Below the pieces are notes generated by a model, which was given only the letters and a program-made list of their open reading frames with translations, had not been told where the DNA came from and searched no databases. A program made the position numbers and the translations under genes. A stretch of DNA of 64,000 bases from NCBI GenBank assembly GCA_023245335.1, contig JAHFKK010000001.1, positions 17,918-81,917 of the forward strand, in the 5' to 3' direction. This DNA comes from Candidatus Gottesmanbacteria bacterium (lineage in GTDB: Bacteria; Patescibacteriota; Microgenomatia; UBA10105; UBA927). This document shows positions 39,401 to 51,400 of this stretch, piece after piece. Position 1 is the first letter of the stretch. Each line of letters opens with the position of its first letter.

Positions 39401-42400
39401 GGTACATTGATTCTCCACCGTGCCACTATCGTCCCCTTGTATGGTGCGACCGGTTCTGTCACACCGGTATAGAAGTTACTTGGGTTATACCCTTCTCCCT
39501 TTATTAAAATGGTAAAACTGGGATCTTCGGCGGCTAACGATATGTTTGAATACCCGAATAATCGTGCTTGTTCCGTGATTGCCAGTGGTGCATTTTTCAG
39601 TATAAGAAATCCGTTCAGTTCGAGAGTCCTTTGCGCCTCCGCCAAAATATCTGGAAGTGTCGCTATTGTTACATCCGAAGCGATCACTGCACCGACACTA
39701 TTATCGGGAAATGGTAAGTTTGTCCCGCTATCTACGAAATTCAATGGATGCGTGGCGCCAACAAAATCACCTAAAGCGGTTCCAGCATACGGACTTGATT
39801 TGGCGGGGACCATCTGGGAACTTGATACTGTCTTACTGAATCCTACGCCATCAACCGCTTGTCCGGTAATATCTATATACAGACCACGGGGCGGATGCAT
39901 GTTTGCTGCGAATTCCACAATATCCACTACATTCTGCGGTATCGTGAGTAGCGGTTGAATGAGAGTCTTCTCGACGGACATCGACGACACATTCAATACG
40001 CCTGTCGGCTGCGGCTTGGGCGGATTTTCTGTCACCAATACACCCTCCTCACGCGATGTATTGGTAAGATACCGCTGCATGGCGGCCATGAATATCGCTT
40101 TCACCCGAGCCTCATTTTCCGCATGCACTAATGGAGCACCGGGCGGCTCGTTGGCGGGATTCGCATACAGTACCGTAATCTCCAGATCTTCCGGATTGGT
40201 CATATCCAGCTTCCATGATCGGATGGTACCGCGAGTCGAGAAAGGATCCAAGAAGCTAAATACGCCGTCTCCGGACAGATTGTCTGCCACCATGCCCTGT
40301 ATAGTTTCCCGCCAGTCCGCCTGAGCTAAATCATTTTCCGCCGCGCCAAACGCCTCAGTGAACTGCGTCTGACCTATGAGACGGCCGTCTGAAACAATGC
40401 CGAGATCCTTTCCGACCACCGTCGCACGTACATCGTACGAGATCCCATCGCGCACTTGATATATTCCGGCAAGCGATCTCGAAATTTGATTGATCAGCGC
40501 CTGCGCTTCTTGCGGGCTACCGACAATCGTTAGCTCGAAATCTCCGCCTTTTCTGAGGATGTCATACCAGGCAGCCGACCCCGTCTCTCCCATGTGGTTA
40601 GCCACAGAAAGCCTATGAAACATCTCTTTGATAAACGCGTTCCCTGCCGCATCGCCATAGGTATCATTGATAAGCTTCAATATTCCCGGCACACTGACGT
40701 GGAGTAGATATACTGACTTCCCGTTTGACGAAGCCTTCGTGAGTCGGTCAGTTAACGTACGGAACGCATGATCGAGGTAGTCCTGACGGTAGAGAAACGA
40801 CTCCATGTTCTCCTGTGCGGCTTCGGTAAAAAGTACCGGATCAAGGAGTGCCTCCTCGATAAACAGCTCGTATTTCGTCCTCACTGCCCACGGTATTTTA
40901 TCCAGGGCGGCAAAAAAATCAGCAAGTTCCGGGTGTATGGCGATGACTCTACTCCGCTGTAGACCCGCAGGTAACGGCTCGCTACGGTCCAGTAGTTCGG
41001 CCCATTCGTCAGCGGCTCCCGGGAGCGCCCGTACACGGGCCTGGTCATAGGCTACCGTTCCGCCTTTGACACCATATAGGGCAAATACTCCGCGTAGTTT
41101 AGCGTTCAGCTCGCTCACAATATCCCCCAGTGGCGTACGCGAAACAATCGCTAACGTATCCCCGTTTACCCGTATATCCCAAGTCGTGAGATTGTGCGAT
41201 TTTTGCAAATCGATAATCGTTTGAGCAATGTCATGTATGAGGACATCTCCGGTGACGCCGTATGGCTTCGCCCCGGTTTGATTTGCGCTGTACACGTCTT
41301 TGATGTCGACGGTTGCCACATAGAAGTTTGCACGGACCAGGCGGGGGAAAACGAATGAGGAAAGTATAGAAATCGCATTTCTGACAGTGCCGAAATGCGA
41401 TAAGATGGTTTGTGTCCGGTCCGGAGTCGCTACGTTGCCGTTTTCCGTAATCCTTGGAGTCTTCGGAAATGTTGCACCGGCGATGTCACGATTCAATCCT
41501 GGATCCAAAAGCCGGTTGTTGGCAAATAGATTAAAAAAGTTTATTTGAGATACCGGCATACCCGCCAAATCTGTCTCAGGGTTGAGATAATAGAGTGTCT
41601 TGATGACATCTTTGACCGTCGGATCTAGGGGTGCTATTGGACCTCTCGCAGCCGGTGCGCCCGTGGGAAGCGGAATGTTTTCGGGCGCTTCCTGAACCGG
41701 TTGGACTCTGGGTTCAATACCAAATAGTGGATTAGTATATACTTTGAACCATTCTGTAGCCTTTTGTATCACTGTGTTAATCGCTACCGTTACGAATTGG
41801 GAGTTCGATAACGATTCAGGAGTGATGTCTTCCGCCGGACTCGTGTTTCCGTACCTTTCGTTCGGTAATATGACGATCGGCTCATTGAGATTAGGTATAT
41901 CTAATACATAGGTCTGGTCGTATATCGTAAACTCTGCCACGTATCGCCTCGTAAGACCTACGGCAACGGTCCGTAGCGTCGGCGCAAAGGTTGCCAGATA
42001 GGGATCCCGTTTCATCGCCGCCACAAGTGCAACCACACCGGCATCCCGCTGAGAAATAGTCCGGCTAACATCCGGTATCGCCCGAATCGCTCCACGAACA
42101 GCAGATTCGTTTGCTGCCAACTGACTAATCACTGCATCCCGCAGGCTATCCTGGTAATACGGTCCGATTTTCTGCTTCCAGACAGCTGCGGTCGGATAGT
42201 GACCGATCACGGAGTCTATAACCGGTATACCGTGCTCGTCCGCAAACGCATGCGTAGGAATTTGGTTTACGATATGATCCTGCCCGTTTTGGGTCGCGAA
42301 GATGCGCACCCGCTTCTGGGCAACCAAAGTGACCAGGGTGGTATCCCATTGGATGACCGGCTTATGTTGGAGGATGTCATACCACCGAAGCGTATACGGT

Positions 42401-45400
42401 ATATTCTGCTGATTCTGCCGGTGCACAAAATCCGCATCGGATACCGCCGGATCACGGGTAAGTCCGCTTAACCGGGTATCAACGATCAATTTATCTACCC
42501 CCAACAATTTTGCGAAAAATAAAAGCGGAACCCGTACTAATTCCGGAGTCTTAGAGTCATTGACGGTCCGATATGCCGTGCCTAACCAGGGTACGCGAGA
42601 CCACTTATCATCAAATGCCGTGATCGTATCCGGTCCCAGGAGATACGGCGATAACAAACTGAAGTCCGAATTCATGTCTTCTACTAGATTAGGGTTCGCC
42701 TTTGCGTACTCGAGGACTATTTGCGCGCCAGTCGAATGCCCCAGGAAACGAACCCGTGTTTTTCCGTTTCCGAATGCAAATGTCGCCTGATCAGCGCTAG
42801 TTGCGGTCAATGCTTTCATGAAGTCGTTAAATTGCCCAAGCATACGTTCGTATTGGTATGTACTCGATGTCCCGGCAAAACTTCCCTCTCCGCCGCCCAT
42901 GGTTGGTGCCACGGCTATCTGGCGAATTCCATCCGTCCCGTACGGCACAAGATCCTCGCTCATGGGTTCGGCAAATACCCTGCGGTCCGCCTGAAATCCA
43001 TGCTGGGCAACGATGACTTCCGTCGCCCGTTCTATGCGTGTCTGTGCTTCGTCACGAAGTTGGTCGGGAGATACGTCCGCAAGTCTCGATCGATCGCCCG
43101 GAGTCAGCTTCGCCATCCACAAAACCGGTGTGTATTTGGCGCCGTAAAATGATGGATTCTTCACGGGCTGATACCCGGAAACATACAACATATCGCCTTC
43201 TACCCGCGCTACCCCTACGAACTGATGTTTGGCATCACTCGGACCGGCTTTCACCGCCTGTGCTAGATCCTGTCCCAAGCGATCCGGCAAGTTGTACTGC
43301 CGTGCCGTCCACCACGTCCCGACATAAGTTGTAATCTGCTGTATGAGGGGGGTTACGCTGTTTAATGCTGCGGCAATCGACCCAAGCCACCCAGGTAACA
43401 CGTGAATAAAAGATGACGGTAACAAGCTCAGTGGTCCTTGATTTGATAAGTGAGAGGCCTTAAGCGGTGGATTAACTTCTGCAGGTTTTTCATCAACGCC
43501 GTTTAGATAGTTTAGATATTCAAGTTTTGGATACATGTGCTTACTTACGAAGTAATAGTTATCCTTATACGGCGCGTTATATAGAGCCGCCAAATTGATA
43601 TCGTTCGGAAAAACACTTTCCTGAGTAAACCGCAAAAGCCCCTGAACATCACCCGGTAATGTCTGCACTGGAGACGACAATAATTTGCCGTTCGCATCGC
43701 GGATGTTTATCCGCAGGCCATATGTGATAAAGGCTTGTGTGCGCAAAATACCAAAATTCACACTAACATCTGTTATTTCCGCAATGGGATATGCTCCATC
43801 CTGAAAGGTTGCACCACTCTTACTTTTATAACTTAGCCACGACCCGACACCCTCCGTATACTCTTTTACATTCCCATCTGGAGTAAGAGACAATACATTT
43901 TCAATGCCGGAGCTAATGGTGCGCACATCTGGTCGTGATTGGGCGTATGTCAATACTGCTCCCTGCAACAATTTCCCCAACCCGGCGTTGCGGGTGTCCG
44001 GAGAAACGTAAATAAATTGTGTATAAAGATCCGATTTTTCTTTGTTGTACTCTCCTCCAACAAATCCAAGGGCTTTTCCACTCAAATCAGATATAACTAA
44101 TGTAAAAAATCCTGGTTTCGCTTGGTCAACCCATTGTCTGACTTCTGTTAACTGAGCAAAGGCTTCCGGAACCTTTGCAGAAACGGTGACTCTGTATTGC
44201 CCGGAGGAGTCAGCCATAAACGTATTATTCAAAGGTACGGTCGGATTTATTACTGAAACCGCCTGCGGCGGCGGTTGGGATTGAGGCTCGATATTTTCCG
44301 TTACTGACAGTTGCGGCGTCTTTAGGTATTGCCGTATCGGCGAAAGCGCCTGTAGATTATCCTTGTGCTGGATGACATCTTCAAACCCCACGACATGACT
44401 ATTTAACCACTCGCGCACGGTCACCCCGTCCGGATAGCGTCCCCTATCTTCAAGTCCAAATCCACCAAGATGATTCCAGGCATCGGAAAGAATCCATTGC
44501 TTAAATAGCTCCGCATCTTTGCGTGTACCAACGATATAGAGCAGGTAATCCGGTGGAATAAAGGTCTGATTCAACTTTTCATCAGTCACTTGGATATCCG
44601 ACTCTGATACTCCCTCAGGCAAAACCGTGACAACGGCATATCCGTTGAAAAAATCTCCTGCTGAGGCACCGATTGTGGACTTGCCAAAACCACCTAGCCA
44701 TAGCGGCTCATGTTCATTGGTACGGAGCCCAAAATCTAAAATATTGCGCAGTCCCTGGGCAAATTCGCCTATATTAGTCGCATTTATCGTAACGGAATGA
44801 CCGTTAATTTCGGCGTTTTCCAATATTTGACGCACTTCTTCGCTCAAAGAGCGAAACGTACTATCTCTGATATTAGCCGTCATCGTTTTTTCTAAGGCCC
44901 GGTACCCTGCCGAGTCTATCCAATACGACTCGCCCTTTCCGTTCGATAAGGTTAGCGGATGCGCACGAAGTCCCGTGGTAAATCCGAGTTGACCATAGGT
45001 TGCTGACTGGGCTATCATCGGACTCAAATGGGTATATTGCAGCCCGCCAACCGTCATTTCTTGAGGATTGATAGAAGGATTGACATGCAGAAGTAATTTG
45101 CCAATCGTCGGTTGCTCTGTTGGACTCAGCGCCTGGACAATCGTCACTACTGGTGGATCTACCAACATTGCCGCAAACTTCCCCGTCGCAACAATTACGT
45201 CCCCGACTGCACAATCATTTAATCCTGCAACATTGTTTCCCTGTGCATAGACGGGAGGAATAAGCCTCATCGCACTCTCACCACAGGCTTTTTCCCGTAA
45301 TGCTTCCGCTTGCGTTGTGATTGTCTTCTTCGCAGGATCCGTGATCGGTGCATATACTGCTTTTAATGATTTATCCGTCTGGACAAGTGGTACGACAATC

Positions 45401-48400
45401 GCGCCGTTTCCGCGAACGAGTCCGAAATAGCGGTGCAACTCATTATTAATAACTCCGTTCGCCTGCCACCAGAATTTAGCCGTAACCACAATCCAATCCC
45501 AAATACTTGGCGCATTCGCTGGTATACTGCCTATCCCCCGCTGCAAATCAGGCGCTTGCTGGACTAAACGGGTGAGGTATTGAAGGTATCGCACCTGCTG
45601 CTGCCACAGCTTCCAGATGCGCGAGAACGTGTCAGATACACCATACGCAGCAAGATCTGCTATCGCATTTTGGTTTGCCTGTATGTGTTGCGTATTGGTG
45701 GCTTTAACCACCGCGTGCTTCAAGAGATTACCTGCGACCTGTGTGCGAAAAATAGCTTGCGGAAGGATATCCGGTTGCACTTTGACCGCTGCCCCACCAG
45801 TAAGTACCCCTGTGTCTGGCGCGATTACACTCGCGTAGGAAACATTACTTGCGACTGCGGGCGGATCAGCTTTATTCCGTAAAAATAGCGTCGTCCGAAT
45901 GGGCGCCACGACGGACTCAAAATTCGCCGCTGCCACAAGATACGTATGAGGTAGACCATCCGCATTCCTATTCGCCTCGGAAACTAGAAAGTATTTACCA
46001 GCCGGTAGGTTATATACGTTACTCTGCTCAAGATCGAGTACGTGTAAGACGGTAAACGTATGATTTAAATCTGCCATCCATCCCACATCGCCATCACGAA
46101 TATCATCAACAGAACCAAGCCGGTATGCATCGTTCGCACGCTGAGCCCCACTGAAAAGAATTTTTCCTGCCGTGCGCTTAAGGTAATTTATAACAATATC
46201 AATTTTGTTATCACCCTTCTTCGCTTGAGGGAATATTCCCTGTGCCTTATTTGCGTCATATATTGCAGCAAACATCCCCTTCGCATCAGGTCGCAACGGG
46301 TAATCGGTAATATTGCCGGCCATGTAGACCCCAGGAATAGTATTAAGAAGCTTGTCCCAATCGACACACTGAACTAATTGCGACACCGGTTGCTTATTGA
46401 CCGTCACAATTGTGTAATCGCTTTCAAGATCAAGCAATTTTGCCGTAAAGTCTGGATATTTCGCCTGATCCAAAAGATACGCCAATGGAGATCTGCTTAT
46501 CCGTGCCTGGAAGTAAAGCCGGAACGTCGTCCCATTATCCTTAGTCGTTATATCAGCACCGGATTGATACGCGTGAATTGTCTGCTGTATTTCGGGAAGT
46601 GATTTCTGACTGTAGTCCGTAACAAAAGATTCCAATGTAGTTATCGTCTTAACATCATCCGTACGGGCCGTCTGTGACGTAATAGTTATCATCTCAGACT
46701 GAGCGTCAGCTTTTGGATTCGTCCCTACGGGAACGGTATTTGGTGCGATTACAGACTGCGGGCTCGTTGTGTTCGCCACAGTTTGTTGCGGTGATCCAGG
46801 TGGAGTTGTAGCAATCGTAAAGGCATCTGCAGAAATTTTCTGCATTACCGGCACAATATCATTTACTTGCTCCTGCGAGCTAAATTTACTTAAAAACACC
46901 ATGATATATGCCCCGCCTTTCGGCAACCTCACGATAGCGATATCGTTTGCAGTATTGAGTCCTCCTTGTTCAAAGACGTACCCAATTTTATGCAACATTT
47001 GTGCTCGGACGCTTGCCGGCAGCGGCTCGCCGATCCACCATTTATCATCAGCGGTAGGCGTAGTTAACAACGTCGTGATATATCTGGTACTACTGTCCGA
47101 TATTCCGAGTGACTTATCGTAAAATTTCTCCAGCAATGTACCCACATCATCTGCAGTCATATATCGTGTTTGGATATCAATATGGGTTAGATTCCATTGC
47201 TGGAAAATTTTCTCCTGGGAAAATCCCGGCTGGAGCAATAAATACTGCAGTAACACCTGAGCAGCGGTGTCATCTGACCGAACTAAGGCGCGTTTCATGA
47301 GGTCAGCTGTCGTGCTGTTATTCCAGGACGGGTTATCAAACCACAATTTGTTATGTTCTGCTAAAAACTTTACCGGCCGTTGACTCAGGATCTGCTGATT
47401 CGTGAGACCCTGCTGCTCAAAAAACGAAAAGTACGCAATGACAAGAGGCCATTTAATGGTTGATGCACCATGAAAAGTTACATCGGAATTTATACGAACG
47501 GTATCCGCATCTGTTCCCCCTATCTTATGTATATAAACTCCGATATCACCCGGTAACGATGAGAGTTTGTTCAGAATAACTACCTGCTCTTTCCCATAGG
47601 AAAGCGGCATGGCGTCCAGACCTACCGTGACAGCCTGCTCATTATCGACAGGAACAGGAACATAAAATGCTTTAGCCCTGCTATCAGTTACAGATGTTTG
47701 TTCAGAATTTAACGTATCCGCTAATTTTCCAAAGGCTTTTGTCTGCAACTTGGTAACCAAATCTGTCACCTCTGCTGATTTCGGCAATACGGTAAATTGT
47801 CCCGTTAAGACCTGGTCAGTTGGTGCGTTGTGTGTAGGATCCGAAGAATACGCAAAATATTTGACCGGTGCTGTGTATTCATTTGGTGTATATAGGCCCG
47901 CAAACACGTTAGGAGCAAACATGTTTAGGATCGTCCCGTCGGAACGGAGTTGAAGTGCGTGCGCGTTCATATGCTCCCATGGCATAACATATCGCCATGC
48001 AACCTCCACCCCGGAATCATTTATAAATGGTATAACATTACCGGTAAACGTTCCGTTCTGCACTGCAAGTAAAGTCTCCTGTGACACATATAACTGTTCG
48101 TATGTACCATCGCCCGAAATTTGCAGGTCCGTCCAAGGCACAGAGTACGCAACCGTATAGTCAGCAGAAATTCCCGTTTCGGATACCGCCGGAAACAATA
48201 ATAGACTCGTCTGATTCGCAAGCGGAGCTCCTGAAGAATCTAGCCCCAATAATAACGGATGAAGCGTCCCCTGACGAAGAAACTCATGAGTAGAAATCCA
48301 CACCTCACGCATTGATGGTTTATAGATGCTTACCGGGAATATATCGTCTGTACCATCAGCGATATTGGGTAGATTGATGATTAACCGTATGTACGAAGGA

Positions 48401-51400
48401 AGGTTTAATGTTTCATTATTGACAGCTAACTTTTCCTGACCCAATCCGACCAGTTCCATTTTGCCGTCCCGAATTATGACAAACTTGCCTATCGAGACGT
48501 CTTTCCCGTTCTGATAATCAAATAGTTCATACACCGAACTCACGAATCCGGGCACGTCCTGATTAAATTGGTGCCAAGGGACACCGCTATTAGTTATGTC
48601 GTCTCGCCGCCGCATGAGAAGATTTCCATTCTGATCAACATACTCAAGCGGTTCGTAAAGCAGGATGGATTTATCCCATGTCGAAACATCCGCCTTATTT
48701 TGGGTAAGTCGCGTTCCCAAATCATCGATGGATGTGATTGTGGACACGTCAATATCTGCTGCTAGAGCCGGGTGATCGACGGTAGTGACTGTATTATTCT
48801 GACTGTCAAAACCGATAATTTTCCCGTCTCCATTAACGTACAGTGTAAATCCTTGATGATATACAGCGTAGAGAGTCTGATTAAGCCAGCTAAAGTTCGT
48901 CCGGTATGCATATAGGGATCCGGTCCGATCGAAACCAAATTTAGCCGCAATCGGATGGCGCTCGCTATTGTAGTAACCTAATTTTCCATCGATATCCATA
49001 AGCACTCCGGTTTGTAATTGACCTCCAGTGGCTTCTCGGAGCACGAACGGGGCAGAAGAACCAATGATTCGCTGCGATTTCCCATCCAGACCGTTAACGT
49101 CCTCATAAAATCCGGCGGATTCAGGGTAAAACATGGTACCCTGCAACTTTCCCTGTTGTGTTACTGCAAGTAATGATCCGTCCGCCTGGTTACGTTCGGC
49201 CGTTATATGATCAGTCTGTCCGTAGTCAAAATTATACGAACCGGTTTTGGCGTCATAGGAATAGGCCTTTCTCGCACCCACGATAGGCGATTTGCGTTCC
49301 GGTAGAGTTTGCACCATTGCAGGTCGAACTGAAAGACTCGGCGGCGGCTGATAATGCGTTCCCATTATCAAAAGAGCACTACCGACAACGAAAGACATCA
49401 CCATCATGCTTCCGACATACGAGATGAGACCAAAGCCGGTTACAATCATGAGCGTGAAATAGAAATTCCGGAGTGTTCGGTTTTGCAAAAACCATCCGTC
49501 CAGAAACTGATAGGCATGGAGCGCCTGCTGCCCGAATGTCGGACGCTGAGCGTTTACCGCATCATACGTCTGACGGAGCGTGCTATCGGAAAGCACAGCA
49601 TACGCCTCATCAAACACCCGCTGGTGATTCCGTACGCGGAAAAGTATGGTACGCACTAATCTGCTTATTGGTACTTGCCACTTGAATAGGTATACATCTT
49701 CAAATGCAAACGGTCGGTTCAAATTTTCCGACTGGTCTCGATAGGCGGTTTCGATTTCCGCGGTTGTTGCGTTAGGCCGCACACCTAGTTCACGATAATA
49801 ATCTCTAGACCGCGCTGAAATATGCGCTTCAAGCGTTACCCGATCGGGAATTTGTATGACTGCAACAGGTGTCGTGTCTGCACCGATACGGTACTCCAGA
49901 CGGTACCCTTCGTTACTATTGCCTCCAATATGTACCGCTATGGCTTTTTCGGCCGGACGCATCTGAAGTAATGCGACCGCTGGACTGATTTCTGCTGTCT
50001 GCCAAAAGTTTGCCCGGAACATTGTTGGAACCGGAAGCGATATCGCTTTTCTGTCAACCGTATTCACTGTCATTGCATTACCGACTTGTTTCGTTACCGG
50101 AGCGGACGTAATACCGTTTAATAAGAATGTTGCTAATACAGTCGCACGTTTTATTTCCGGAGTGAGGTCATCAGGCGTACGGACGCTTATAAGCAACCGG
50201 GTTAATACATTCGCTTCTTCTTCGGGGCTTCTGCCATCAATCACCCATTCGTCATATCTCGAACCCGAGAAGTCTCGGTTCCGCAACGCATCGACAACAT
50301 CATGGATCTGTGCCACCAAATCAGTATCTACGGAAATGTTTACGACATTCTGTACCTGATTGGTAATGATATCTGTAACTGATTCCTGAAATGCCGTGTC
50401 GGCAAAGACACTGGGCAACTGATGCAACCAGATATCCATGCGTTCATGGATAAGAGTCAGGGCGGCGTCTGTCTGATCGGTTCTTAATAGTTCAAATATT
50501 CTACTTCCTAACGGGTCGGACGGGTCGGTAAAGGCTATCCGCAGATTCCGAAACTCTCGTATAGACACGAGTGCGTCTGTCGAACTCATAGACCTCCACG
50601 CGGTTAGAAGCGTACTCTGTGCAGATCGAGGTAACCGATCCAAAGCCCATGCAAGTTCAGTTACCTGATCGGTTAAGGTCGCCTGAGCCGCATTTAATTG
50701 TGTTGTGTATGCTGACGGAGTCATTCTGGGAGCATACGAGAGAGCATTTTTTCCGCCGACATCGGTTACTCCCAGCTTCTGCCTGATCATGAGACTTAAT
50801 GCATTCGTCACGTGTAAAAGAGACTTACTCGACCCTTCACGCTCCTCCCAAATGCGCTTTTGTGCAAGACCAATCAGATCCGAATCAAGTCTCAACTGTT
50901 CTGTGACAATCGGGAAAAACCGTGATAATTCATTTGCTGTGGTTAGCTGATCCATCTGTATAGTGAGTGCACCGCTTCGATATTGATTAAAAAGCCACAC
51001 CGTATGTTCTGCGGCGACCAAGTTTGCTTCACCGGCCGGAATACCGGGGTGTGTGGTTTGGAGTCGAGCTTCAAAAAAGTTCACTATTGCATCTTGCGCA
51101 TTAGTAGAAAATAACTGCAGTATGTGTTCAAGTTCGGTATCGGAAATATTTCGGAGTTCCTGACGGTACGCGTAAAATCTTGTTGCTGCCTGCTCTATAC
51201 GGTTGAAGTGCTTCTTTGCACGGAGATTTATATTCGAAGCGGAAAATATACCTACAGAGATAAACGCGTCAGCGGGCAGCCGCTGCTTGATCTGGGCATA
51301 TTGCACCCGGTCATCAGAAGAAATAATTCCGAGGACGACCGCCTGTTCAATGCGGGGCGTAACGTTGGTATCCCATACGATCAGTTGTGTCATCGCCTGT

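Noticed and set aside
49672-49806. J-domain (DnaJ) call for the DYYRELGV...AYR segment
   Set aside because: The essential HPD tripeptide is absent. I kept it only as a low-confidence 'J-like' observation, not as a co-chaperone domain.
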